Of a DNA stretch of 64,000 nucleotides, positions 41,392-52,024 are shown piece after piece. The notes beneath the pieces were generated by a model that saw nothing but the letters and a program-made list of their open reading frames with translations, searched no databases and was not told where the DNA came from. The translations under genes were made by a program, and so were the position numbers. How positions within the stretch are numbered: the first letter of the stretch is position 1; every line of letters starts with the position of its first letter. This DNA comes from an uncultured delta proteobacterium (GTDB taxonomy: Bacteria; Desulfobacterota; Binatia; UBA9968): the NCBI GenBank assembly GCA_963847445.1, contig CAWJZV010000008.1, forward strand, positions 64,001 through 128,000. Direction: 5' to 3'.

Positions 41392-43804
41392 ATGTCTGAT
41401 TCCAATCCAGCCACCGGCGCCTTGGCCGGCCTGCGTGTCCTCGACCTGACCGGCCGCATGGGCGGCTATTGCGGCTTACTGCTGGCCAATCTTGGCGCCC
41501 AAGTATTGCTCATCGAAGCGCCGGGCGGCGATCCGATGCGCCGCGAAGGGCCGTTCCAAAATACCACGCCCCATCGCGAACGCAGCTTATCCTTCGCCGC
41601 TTATCATACCAACAAGCATGGCGCGGTTTTGAATCTTGAAGATGCCAATGACAGGCAAAAATTTCGTGAGCTGGCGGCCGATGCCGATGTGGTGATCGAA
41701 GACAAACCGTTTGGCTATCTCGACGCTTTATGGCTCGGCTACGCTGAGCTGCAAAAGATCAACCCGGCGCTGGTGCTGACGTCGATCAGCGGCTTTGGCC
41801 GCACCGGACCCTATCGAGAATTCAAGGCGCCGAGCATTGTCGCCTTCGCCATGGGCGGACTGATGAATCTGTGCGGCCATCCGGGCCGCGCCCCGCTCAT
41901 GGGTCCGTGCGATGTGGCCTATCATCTGGGATCGGTGCATGCGGCCTTCGGCACCATGGCCGCGCTGTTCAACCAGCGCGCCACGGGTGTCGGCGATCAT
42001 GTCGATATATCGCTGCAGGATGTCTTGGCCGCCGATCCGTTTTTGCGCATTATTTCTCGATACAGCGTTACCGCGGAAGTGCCGGAGCGCAGCGGCCATA
42101 GCCAGTCGACTACCGTGGCGGAAACCTATCAGTGCCAGGACGGCTACGCGCGCATTTTCGTCAACCAGCCGGAGCATTGGCGCCGCTTCGTCGAGTGGTT
42201 GGGCAAACCGGCGGAACTGCTCGATCCGAAACTGGAGAATGTTCAGAGCCGCTTCGCGCTGCGCTCGATGATCGATCGTCTGGTCGAAGCGCGCACGCTC
42301 AACTATCCGGTCAAGAAATTCTTCGAGGAGTTTCAGACCAATCGTTTAGCCGCGGCGCCGATCAATCCGCCGAGCGGTTACGTTCTCGATGACCAGACCA
42401 AACATCGCAACTATTTTGTCGAAGTCGATCACCCCGAGTTGGGCAAGCATCGCTTTCCCGGCGATCCCTATAAGTTTTCCGCCAGTCCCTGGCGTATCGC
42501 GCGCGGCGCACCGCTGCTCGGCGCCAGCGCTGACAAAATTCCCGAGGAATTTATCGGCCCGTCCACTGTGGCGCGACGGCGTGGCGTTAGCGACGACTGC
42601 GAATGCGGCGATGCGCAAACCTCTCGAAGGTATTCGCGTGATCAGTTTCCCGACGGGAATCGTCGGTCCGGCGCTGGCTGGGCTCCTGGCCGATCAGGGC
42701 GCTGAGGTGATTACCATCGAAGCCAGCCGGGTCATCCGCAGCCCGCAACGGGGCCAGCGTTGGCAGGTAGCGGCGGATCTCGAAAGCAACCGCGAGCGTA
42801 AGCGCATCGCTCTCGACATGAAAAATCCCGAGGGGCTGGAGCTGGCGAAACAATTGATCGCCAAATCGGATGTGGTGGTAGAGAATTTCAGCGCACGGGT
42901 GATGGCGAGTTGGGGGCTGGATTATCCGCGCATGAAAGAAATTCGCCCGGACATCATCATGGCAAGTTTGCAGGCTTTCGGTCAGACCGGTCCGCGGCGC
43001 GACTATGTCAGCTTCGGTCCGATCCTCATGGCCTATTCCGGCATGACTTATCTCTGGCGCGATCCGCAGATAGAGCGGCCGGGTGCCGGCAGCCAGACCG
43101 CCTTTCCCGACTACATTGCGCCATCCTATGGCGCGGTGGCGATCCTCGCGGCGCTGCACCATAGAGCCCGCACCGGCGAAGGGCAGTACATCGACATCTC
43201 GCAAGCCGAAACCGCCGCGTCGATGATCGGCCCGGCGTTATTGGAACTGCTGGTCAACGGCCGCGAGCCCGAACCCCAGGGCAATTTCAGCGCGACGGCG
43301 GCGCCCCATGGCTGCTACCGCTGCAACGGCAACGATCGCTGGTGCGCCATTGCCATTGACGGCCAAGAAGAATGGAAACGATTCTGTGAAAGTATCGGCC
43401 ACCGCGAATGGCTCGCCGACGCGCGCTTTGCCAGCCCCGCGGCGCGCATCGCCAACCGCGCCGAGCTCGATGCCGAGATCGAAGCATGGACGAGCAAGTA
43501 CACACCGCATCAGTTGATGATCCTGTTGCAGCGCGATGGCTTCGCCGCCGGGGTTGTCCAGACGGCTGAAGATTTGTACCGCGATCCGCACCTGCGCGAG
43601 CGCGGCCTGGCGCGGGATGTGCATCATCGCGAGGTCGGCTGGGTAACCAGAGCCGGCCCGACGGCACGGCTGAGGCACAATAGAGTTATCACCGACGACC
43701 CGGTTCATGTCGCCGGCGAAGACAACGAAGCGGTATTGGGCGATCTCCTCGGCATGTCGGCCGAGGATATTCGTTGGTTATACGAACGCAAAGTGCTGCG
43801 TTAG
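41392..43804 (+). CDS. Class III CoA-transferase, two-domain CaiB-CaiB (frameshift at linker)
   Basis: Domain 1 LAGLRVLDL..NK..APLLG; domain 2 PLEGIRV..DVVVENFS..FGQTGP..FPDY. Confidence 0.85.
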
Positions 43805-43861
43805 GCACGCCGCTTAATCATTCGCCGCTGCCTTGGCAGCGGACAGGCGCGGGAGAGAAAG

Positions 43862-45002
43862 ATGCTGCAAGGTTATCGTCTGTTTGACGCCGATGCTCAT
43901 GCGATGATGAGCCCGCGCATGTGGAAGACCTTGCCGCAAGAGTTCGTGGCGCGCCGGCCGCGGCCGACGCGGGTGCATGACATCGCTGACATGGGACGGT
44001 GGACCAACGGTTGGTTGGTCGAGGGACAAATCATTCCCCACGCGTTAGGCCCTGGCAGCCAACCCGGCAATGAACCGGCGCGGGTGCTCGAAGAGTTCGG
44101 CGCCAAGACCCACAGTCCGGAATTTCCTCTCAGCGGTTTCGATCTATCCGACACCGGCGCGCGCCTGCGCGGCCTGGATTACATGGGCATCGATCACCAG
44201 ATGCTCTATCCGACCACGCTCTATGCGCGCATGACCAACGATCCGGCGTTCGAAGCGGCGCTGATGCGCTCGTACAATCGTTATGTCGGCGGCCAGTGCG
44301 CCGCAGCGCCGCAACGGCTCAAGTGGGCCGGGCTCTTGCCGCTGCGCGACGCCCGTCAAGGCTGCGCAGGCGTTGGCTGAGATGAAAGAGCTGGGCGCCA
44401 CTGCCGCCGTGGTTTACGGCACCGCCGGTGACCGCTTGCTGTGTCATCCCAGTTTTACTCCGGTGTGGGATGAGTTCGCTCGATCCGGTCTGCCGTTGTG
44501 CGTGCATATGGGCATGAGCTATCCGCCCTTCGCCGATGTCTGCAATGGCCTGCTCGCCGCCCATGGCATCGGCATGAGTCTGCCGGCACAGATGGCGTTT
44601 GTCGCCATCGTCGGCCATGGCATGCTCGACCGCTATCCGAATTTGAAAGTCGGCTTTCTCGAATTCGGCGCCGAGTGGATGCTCTACATGGTGCCGCGCC
44701 TCGATCACTACCTGCCCATCGACCGCAGTCAGATGCCGATCAAAACCGAAGTGCCGCAACGCGCCGTTGAAGAGTACGCCAAGTCGGGCAGGATTTTCAT
44801 CGCCGGCGAAGCCGACGATAAATTACTGCCGCAGGAAATCGAGCTGCTCGGCGAAGATCAGATTCTCTACTCCTCCGACCTGCCCCACGGCGAAGGCCGC
44901 CACAACGCCGCCAAGGAAATCATCGCGCGCAAAGATATCAATGAAAGACAGAAGCAGAAGATTCTCTACGACAACGCGGTCAACTTTTTCGGCGAGCCGT
45001 GA
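43862..45002 (+). CDS. Amidohydrolase family 2 (frameshifted)
   Basis: FDADAH, LDRYPNLKVGFLE, SSDLPH, KILYDNA. Confidence 0.88.
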
Positions 45003-45043
45003 ACTCAACTGACTATGCAGGGCTGGCAAATTGACTGATACCT

Positions 45044-45683
45044 ATGGAGCAATCTCCCAACTCGCTCGACAAGATTATTGCCGCCCAAGCGATTCGCAAG
45101 GCCGAACGCCATTTGGCCAAAGCCGACCCGATCATGAAACGGCTAATCGCCAGGCATGGTCACTGCCCCATCGCCGAGCGCGAGTTCGAGCCGTTTCATA
45201 TGCTCGCCAACTCGATCATCAGCCAGCAGCTTTCGACTAAAAGCGGCGGCGTCGATCAAAGTTCGTGTCGGCGCTCTCGTCGGCGTGCCGTTTCAAATCG
45301 GCAAGGTGCTTTCCATCGCGCCGGCGGAATTACGCGGTGCCGGACTTTCGGGGGCAAAGACCCGTTACATCGGCGAGCTTGCGGCGCATGTCAGTGACGG
45401 CAGGTTGGACTTCGAGGAAATCTTGTTCCTCAATGACGAAGCTGCGATTGAGAAACTGGTTATAGTTCCCGGCATCGGTCGCTGGACCGCGGAGATGTTT
45501 CTGCTGTTCGGCTTGAAGCGATTGGATGTCCTCGCCATCGGTGACGCCGGGTTGCAACGAGCCGCGCGAAATCTTTACGGCAAAAAGCGCAGTTCAGCTA
45601 CATTGTTGCCGCTGGTTGCGGAAAACTGGCGGCCGTATCGGTCGATTGCGTCGTGGTATCTGTGGCGGTCTTTAGAAGACTGA
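45044..45683 (+). CDS. alkA: DNA-3-methyladenine glycosylase II (HhH-GPD), frameshifted
   Basis: IISQQLS, GLSGAK, PGIGRWTAEMFL, DVL..GD, WRPYRSIASWYLW. Confidence 0.88.
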
Positions 45684-45843
45684 AGGTTATGCCGTTTATT
45701 ACCCGTAACCTTGCATACCGAGCCCTTGAGCCCCGTCTTCTCATTGTGGGAATTTGTTACGGGTTGATTAATCAGATTACACTGTAGTAATTAGACACGT
45801 TCGCCCGTTCACAAATTACTGCCTAACCAAACTGGTGACGTTC

Positions 45844-46401
45844 ATGACTTGGCAAAATTCTGATCTAGTTGTCTACCACGGAAGTGACGAAGTATCAGCA
45901 AATCGAATACGTAAAACGTCAATGACTTCGCAAAATGGGATAGACCTTAAGCTATGTAAACCACGTACGGACTTTGGCCGAGGATTTTATACTACAACAA
46001 ATTTACACCAAGCGCGGAACTGGGCAAATCTGCGTGCGAAGAGATTAAACGCTGCGAGTGCTAACTCCGCTAGAGCAACGGTAATACAATTCAGTGTTAA
46101 GCGGGATGAATTTACTCGACTGAATACTTTGTGCTTTGTCACTGAAGGTTTGAATCCTGGGAACTCCGACTATTGGGAGTTTGTCAGTAGTTGTAGGAAC
46201 GCAACGATCTCTGACCATCAATTTAAGCCCGACCCAGCGCTTCCTGCTACGTCTAACTATGACGTGGTAATTGGGATCGTATCCTTATGGCCGCAGACGT
46301 TAGTTGTTAAGGATTGCGATCAAGTAAGCTTTCACACTCCTAAAGCAATCACGTTCCTCCTTAGTCCAACACTTATTTTAACTGGGAATCCTTATCTTTA
46401 A
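45844..46401 (+). CDS. DUF3990-like protein (ADP-ribosyltransferase-like fold)
   Basis: VYHGS, GIDLKLCKPRTDFGRGFYTTT..QA.NWA, YWEFV..CR, YDVVIG, QVSFHT. Confidence 0.8.
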   Translation: MTWQNSDLVVYHGSDEVSANRIRKTSMTSQNGIDLKLCKPRTDFGRGFYTTTNLHQARNWANLRAKRLNAASANSARATVIQFSVKRDEFTRLNTLCFVTEGLNPGNSDYWEFVSSCRNATISDHQFKPDPALPATSNYDVVIGIVSLWPQTLVVKDCDQVSFHTPKAITFLLSPTLILTGNPYL

Positions 46402-46424
46402 CCAAATTACAGGAGAACAGTAAC

Positions 46425-46700
46425 ATGCCAATAATTGATTCTTCTATTCCACCTATTCAGATCGACGAATATTGGTATGTTGTCCGAAAGACTGTGGAGG
46501 AAGTGTTTAACTGTAAGGACACCTCCGGTGTCGATAGGCTACGAACTGAAATACTTCGAAGCAAAGCGGATGAGCAGATATTGTTCTACCATGCTGAACC
46601 ATTAGACGTGGCAGCGGATCTTTCAGGCAAGTCTCCTGGAGAAGAGGAGATCAAAAAATACAATCAACTAGTTGAAAGGCATCGCAGATCGATACCATGA
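46425..46700 (+). CDS. Small helical hypothetical protein, probable partner of the DUF3990 protein
   Basis: RBS AGGAGA; begins 23 nt after the DUF3990 stop; motif LFYHAEPLDVAADL. Confidence 0.7.
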   Translation: MPIIDSSIPPIQIDEYWYVVRKTVEEVFNCKDTSGVDRLRTEILRSKADEQILFYHAEPLDVAADLSGKSPGEEEIKKYNQLVERHRRSIP

Positions 46701-46738
46701 AGGTGTTCAGCAAGGAAAACCGAGTCGTAATAAGGAAA

Positions 46739-47713
46739 CTAAAGTAAAAATTCGCTTGATTCCAAACGTTCGTCGAGGGGGAGTTCCAAAATTTCCCGCA
46801 AGAGTTCTGTTCGAAGTACATCCGACGAAGTCGTGATTGGGGCGTGAAATGCGTATCGTGTTTTTAAATAAAGAGGCAATCCTTGTTCAATACGTGACGC
46901 ACGTACCACAACCTGATACTTTGTGCTATCTGGCGGTAAATTGGCAATATCGCCCTGAATGATCATTGTTTCCCAACCTACACCTCCCAACCTCCCGTCA
47001 GCTTTCTGTTTATACGCTTCGTCGCTTACAATTATCACTTTATGCGCCAACGCCAATTCGTTGCACATCCATTGGGGAAGATCCATACCGCGTCTAAGAT
47101 TAAACTTGTCTAGCCTCGCTTGAATACCTTTGTCTATCAGAAAGAGAGCAAGTTCTTTTACCCATTCCACCGATTCTTCCGTTTTAGAGGTATGGCTTAT
47201 GAATACTCGTATCGACTCCCGAGGTTTGCCCTCGATTGTTTTTCGGATTCCTTGAATCCGATCATAAACTTCTTTGTGTAATACGTGGACGATAAGGCTC
47301 GCGCTGTTTTTCTCTATACTACCAAACCCACGATGTAGTGCTGACAGTGCCTTTTGACTCTGAATACCCCCAGCGCCCGCCCCAAGTAATGGTGCTGCAA
47401 TAGATCGAACTGACGGCTGCTCACTTGCAAACTCGCCAAGAGTCTTACCGATTAGCTCGATTGCATCGACTGTTGACGACATTCCTTCAACAGACGCTGC
47501 ATAGGCAACGAACTGTGCAATATTTTCACCGCCTTCGAAAGGTAATATTTCGACCTCCCCGAGAGCCATTCCCTCCTTCGGGTGAGGGATAGAATAATGT
47601 TCCAATGATCGGGCAACAAAACGAGTGACGGTTCCGGCGGAAGAGCATGGTAGAACGATCAAGTCGGACGGTCCATCAAAAAGATTGCCGAGTCGCACTT
47701 TTACGTACGCCAT
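46739..47713 (-). CDS. Macrodomain-SEFIR/TIR fusion protein
   Basis: N-half VRLGNLF..DLIVLPC..G...SIAAPLLGAGAGG (macro). C-half RVFISH..WV.ELA..L...GI...LD...G.DL..WM...YKQKADGRLGGVGWE (SEFIR/TIR). Confidence 0.85.
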   Translation of the reverse strand: MAYVKVRLGNLFDGPSDLIVLPCSSAGTVTRFVARSLEHYSIPHPKEGMALGEVEILPFEGGENIAQFVAYAASVEGMSSTVDAIELIGKTLGEFASEQPSVRSIAAPLLGAGAGGIQSQKALSALHRGFGSIEKNSASLIVHVLHKEVYDRIQGIRKTIEGKPRESIRVFISHTSKTEESVEWVKELALFLIDKGIQARLDKFNLRRGMDLPQWMCNELALAHKVIIVSDEAYKQKADGRLGGVGWETMIIQGDIANLPPDSTKYQVVVRASRIEQGLPLYLKTRYAFHAPITTSSDVLRTELLREILELPLDERLESSEFLL

Positions 47714-48041
47714 GCGTATACCTCGAAACTGGTTTGGTGATTATTAGCACTTGATACGGAGACATCCTTTTTGGCAACGTGTTCCGCTCGTTTCGACTAA
47801 TCCCATACCGCAAGTCCCACGGAGTACTCATCTCGTGATTCGTCATTGCCTAATGTGGTTTCAGGTTCTCTGTCTAGGCAAATCGCACGCACAAGAATTC
47901 CGAACGATTTTTCAACCTATCAGCCAGAAAATATACTAGATGCGTTGAAGATCATGCAAATATCAAAACCCCTAGAAGTGGCTTCCGGGGAAACTTCTTG
48001 TAAAGCAAGCGTAAATTTCTTTGGGAACTCGGGTTTAGTTT

Positions 48042-48854
48042 CTACTTCCGATCTTCCGGCTTGACGTATTTCACCGTGCCGCCGCCTTTTTGCGAGTGCA
48101 GGTAGCCTTCGACGTCGTTCAATGGATTGGTGTAATAGCGCAGGCGGTGTTGCACCAGGTCGTCGGCGCGCAGCGCCATGTCGAAGGGCAAATCTTTTTG
48201 CATGTAAGCGGCGATCTTAGCGTTCTCCAAGGTCGGGCCGTTGCGGCTGGCGAGTTCTTTCGCCAGGGTGTCGACGTAGCTGTCCAAGTCTTTTTCCGGC
48301 ACGACGTCGGAAACTAAACCGACGCGCTCGGCTTCGACGCCGGTCAGGTTTCTGCCGGTGAGCGAAATAAAGAAAGCTTTCTTGAACGGGATTCCCGCAT
48401 GAAATAGCGACGGTGTCGCGGTGGCGCCGTAGCTGCCGCGGATGACTTCGGGCATGCCGAACTTTGCCGTGTCGGAGCTGATGACGAGATCGTGACCGTT
48501 GATCATCGCCAGACCGCCGCCCAGGCACCAGCCGCGCACTTTGGCGACGGTGACTTGCGGAAGTCTACGCATGATGTCGACGATCTCGGCGACGCCGCCG
48601 AAGCCGCGGGTGCGGCGCCGGTTGTCCTGGCCGCGCATGTCGTAGAGATCGCGGCCCGAAGAGTAGGAGTCGCCGGCGCCGGCGGTGACGATGCAGCGAA
48701 TTTTGTCGTTGTTCGCCAGCTCGCGCAGGGTGGTCGCGATCTCGGCGAGCAGGGCGACGCTCAGGGCGTTTTTCTTTTCCGGCCGATTGAAGGTCAGCCA
48801 GGCGATGCCGATGTTTTCGTCGATGTTGGCGGTGATTTGTTTCAGGTCGGACAT
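48042..48854 (-). CDS. Enoyl-CoA hydratase/crotonase family (hydroxycinnamoyl-CoA hydratase-lyase-like)
   Basis: NRPEKKNALS, SGRDL, GWCLGGG, FGMPE, EAERVGLV. Confidence 0.88.
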   Translation of the reverse strand: MSDLKQITANIDENIGIAWLTFNRPEKKNALSVALLAEIATTLRELANNDKIRCIVTAGAGDSYSSGRDLYDMRGQDNRRRTRGFGGVAEIVDIMRRLPQVTVAKVRGWCLGGGLAMINGHDLVISSDTAKFGMPEVIRGSYGATATPSLFHAGIPFKKAFFISLTGRNLTGVEAERVGLVSDVVPEKDLDSYVDTLAKELASRNGPTLENAKIAAYMQKDLPFDMALRADDLVQHRLRYYTNPLNDVEGYLHSQKGGGTVKYVKPEDRK

Positions 48855-48876
48855 TTAACTTCTCCGTGGGTTTAGT

Positions 48877-48916
48877 TTCGTTCAAATCGTTCAATAAGTT
48901 CAAGCCGTTCAAATCG
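48877..48916 (+). repeat. GTTCAA-core short tandem tract
   Basis: gttcaaatc gttcaataa gttcaagcc gttcaaatc (9-nt period); related tracts at 31420-31502 and ~50075-50103. Confidence 0.65.
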
Positions 48917-48932
48917 TCGGTCGAATGCTAAA

Positions 48933-48998
48933 CTGCCATTTCGAGATGAAGCCGAGAAATATTTTCGCATAGATCTCTCACTTCGTTCGAGATGACAG
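48933..48998. repeat. Inverted-pair palindromic element (TGTCATCTCGA..GAGAGATCT type)
   Basis: CTGCCATTTCGAGATGAAGCCGAGAAAT pairs imperfectly with AGATCTCTCACTTCGTTCGAGATGACAG. Confidence 0.6.
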
Positions 48999-49020
48999 CA
49001 TTGGCAATGACGACTTTCTA

Positions 49021-50029
49021 TTAAGCGAACCGGTAAAAATTTTTGGCGTTGCCGGCGAGGATTTTTTGCTTGGTCTGGTCCGAGATGTCTTTGCGTTTGA
49101 CCACCTGGCTGACGCTGTGCGGCCACTCCATGTCCCAGTGGGGATAATCCGACGCGTACATCATGCACTCGTCGCCGAACTGTTCGATGACCAACGGCAG
49201 CGCCGACTCTTCGCCTTCGCAGGTGAAGTAGCAGCGGTGGTCTTTGATGTACTCGCTGGGGAGCATTTTGAGCGGCTCCATCTCGGCTTTTCTAATCAAA
49301 TATTTCTCGTCGAAGCGCTCCATCCAATAGGGCAGAAAGCCGACGCCGGCTTCGAGAAAGCCGACTTTGAGCTTGGGGAAACGGTCGAGCACGCCGTTGG
49401 AGATGACTCGAGACCACCGACAGCATCTGTTCGAACGGGTGCGAAGTCATGTGCACGCCGATGTATTTATGAAAACGGGTGTTGCCGACGGCGACTTGGG
49501 CGGTGGCGTGAAAGCCGATGGGCACGCCAAGGTCCTGCGCCGCGGCGTAGATCGGGTCGAACTGCGGCTGGCCCAAGTCGAGGCCTTGCTGCACGTAGGT
49601 CGGCATCATGACGCCGACGGCGCCTTTCTCGGTGACGGCGCGGCGGACTTCTTTCGCCGCTTCAGCCACGACTTGCGGCGCGATCACGGCGGCGTACTTG
49701 ACGCGACCGCCGCTTTGTTTGCAGAAATCGGCAGCCCAGTCGTTGTAGGCTTTGGCCAGTTCCACGGCGAGGTCGAGTTCGCGCACGAGTCCGATGGCCA
49801 GCGCGTTACTGGGATAGGCGACCGCGTCGCCGATCTTTTCGACGTCGAGGTCTTGGCAATACTCGGCCGGGTTGGCCGGCTTTCTGCCGGTGGTGTCATT
49901 CAAAAAAATGTCCCAACCGAAGGATGGAAAATACGGCCCGCTGCGGATGCGAAACTTTTCCGGCAGGTATTGTTTATAAGCCGCGCCGTCCAAGTGATGG
50001 GCGTCGGCGTCGATGATGGTGAACTCCAC
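49021..50029 (-). CDS. Amidohydrolase family 2 (frameshifted)
   Basis: IIDADAH, AYNDWA, LDRFPKLKVGFLEAG, ASDYPHWD, KILAGNA. Confidence 0.88.
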
Positions 50030-50118
50030 GGTCAAACCTCCAAGCAAAATGAGAAATGCCTTCGACGTTACGAGTTCGTTCAAGTTCAAACGTTCAAACT
50101 CAACCCGAAACGACTAAA

Positions 50119-51814
50119 CTAGTCTTGTAACCCGTGGCGCTGGGCGAGCTTGAGAAAAACCGAGCCCACGACCACCGTGCCCATGGCGATGACTAGACTG
50201 AAGGCGGCGAGTTCGCCAACATGTCCGTTGTCCCATAGTTCCCAAATCGTTACCGCGACCACTTGTGAGCCCGGGGAATAAAGCAACAAAGCGATGGAAA
50301 GTTCTCTGAACGTGATCAGGAAAATATAGATCCAGCCGGCGAGCAAGGCCGGCATGATCAGCGGCACGACCACATGGCGCACCATCTGGAACCAACTGGC
50401 GCCGCTGGCCATGGCGCCTTCTTCGAGTTCTTTGTGCAGGCTCAAAAGCGCGGAGTGGCTGAAGCGAATGCCATAGGGCAGATAGCGCGCGATGAAAGCG
50501 AGCACGAGTATCCAGATGGTGCCGTACACGGGAACCGGCAGCCAGAGGTACATTTTCAAGATCGCGATGCCCATGACGATGCCGGGAAAGACCAGGGGCA
50601 ACATTGCCATCTGATCGAGCACCCAGCGCGCTTTGATCGAGGCGCGGACGACCAGCCAGGCGGCAAAGAAGGTGACGATGATGGCGATGGTCGCCGAGGT
50701 GACGCTTACGGTCAAACTATTCATCACCGAACGGACGATGCTGCTGTCGGAGAAGGCGCTGCGATAGTTATTCAAACTGAGCAGTCGAGACCGCTTTCCA
50801 CGACGGCGCTTGGGCGAAGGGCAAGAATGACGACCATGTGATCGCCATGATCGGGAAAAATTGCAGCGCCGGCAAAACCAGCATGAGCAAGCCGCCCACC
50901 CAGCGCCACTTGCCCAGGTCGAAGCGGTGCGGCCGATAAGCTTTGCCGCTGATGGTGGTGAATTTATAAGTTTTGCTGGTGACGCGGTAGTAAGGAATGA
51001 GGCCGAGGCCGACCAGGCCGATGAGAATGATGGAATACGCGCTGGCTTCGCCGTATTTAGGAATCAAGCCGCCTTTGATTTGCAAATAAATTTTCGTGGT
51101 AAAAACTTCGACGCCGGCGGGAATGCCGATCAGCGCGGGAATCTCGAAGGCCTCCAGTGAACGGATAAAAGTCAGAATCAACACCGCCAGGACGCTCGGC
51201 ATGGCGAGCGGGAAGGTGACCTTTCTAAAAACCTGCCAACCGGTGCTGCCGGCGGTGGTGGCGGCTTCTTCCAGGGAGGGGTCCATGGACCGAAACGGTG
51301 TCGACATCAACAAGAAGACGATGGGTATCCAAAGAAAGCTCTCGACCAAAATCATCCCTTGCATTGAAAAGATGTTGAGCAGGGGCCCGCCGGTAATCGG
51401 TGCGACGAACGAATTGAGGATACCGGCTTTAGGCCCAAGCAACATGATCCAGCCGACGACTTTGATGATTCCTGGAATGGCGAAGGAGACATAGGCGGTG
51501 ATGTAGGCCACGGTGCGAAACGGCGCGTTGGAACGTTCGGCGAGCCAGGCGAGCAGGGTGCCGTAACAGATCGCGATGCCCGCGCTACCGATGGAAAATA
51601 TCATCGAGTTGGTGAACAAGACTCCGACATCGCCGAGGGAGTCGACGATGTTGGCGAAATGCTGAATCGTGAAGCTGCCGGCCTGCAACCCTCGGTCGGT
51701 GACTAGACTCGTATGCAGGATGAAAAAGAACGGCGGCAGCACCAAATAAGCCAGCGTCACGCCAGTGAGCAGAAACATGATCTGGGCTGGATTACGCATC
51801 ATTAACGCAAACAT
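50119..51814 (-). CDS. FbpB-like iron(III)-type ABC permease (frameshifted)
   Basis: Two EAA loops, MDPSLEEAA and HKELEEGA; FEIPALIG; multiple TM segments. Confidence 0.88.
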
Positions 51815-51930
51815 AAATTCACCCCTTTCAAATCGGCAAGTCCGGTCTCCTGGCCACAGCCGCTCAGCAGTCCTTGGGCTGGGAGATATATATTACAATT
51901 CGACGGCGTAAGACAATTGGCGTCGGGAAA

Positions 51931-52024
51931 GTTAGGCGTAAATAGTTAGGAGTGAGGAGGGAGGCCGGAGTCGGCCTTGAGCGACTGCGAACTGCTTACT
52001 TCTGACTACTCACTCCTCACCCTC
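51931..52024. repeat. Inverted pair of imperfect heptamer tracts
   Basis: GTTAGGC GTAAATA GTTAGGA GTGAGGA GGGAGGC ... TGCTTAC TTCTGAC TACTCAC TCCTCAC. Confidence 0.7.

Larger units (their letters stand above)
45684..48041. other. AT-rich horizontally acquired islet (three genes)
   Basis: Abrupt visible fall in GC and loss of the host G/C-ending codon bias between alkA and the crotonase gene; no integrase seen. Confidence 0.8.

Noticed and set aside
45844-47713. Canonical DarTG or Thoeris system
   Set aside because: The ART-like gene has DUF3990 rather than DarT motifs, the macrodomain is fused to SEFIR, there is no SIR2 or TM-macro ThsA, and the genes are convergent.
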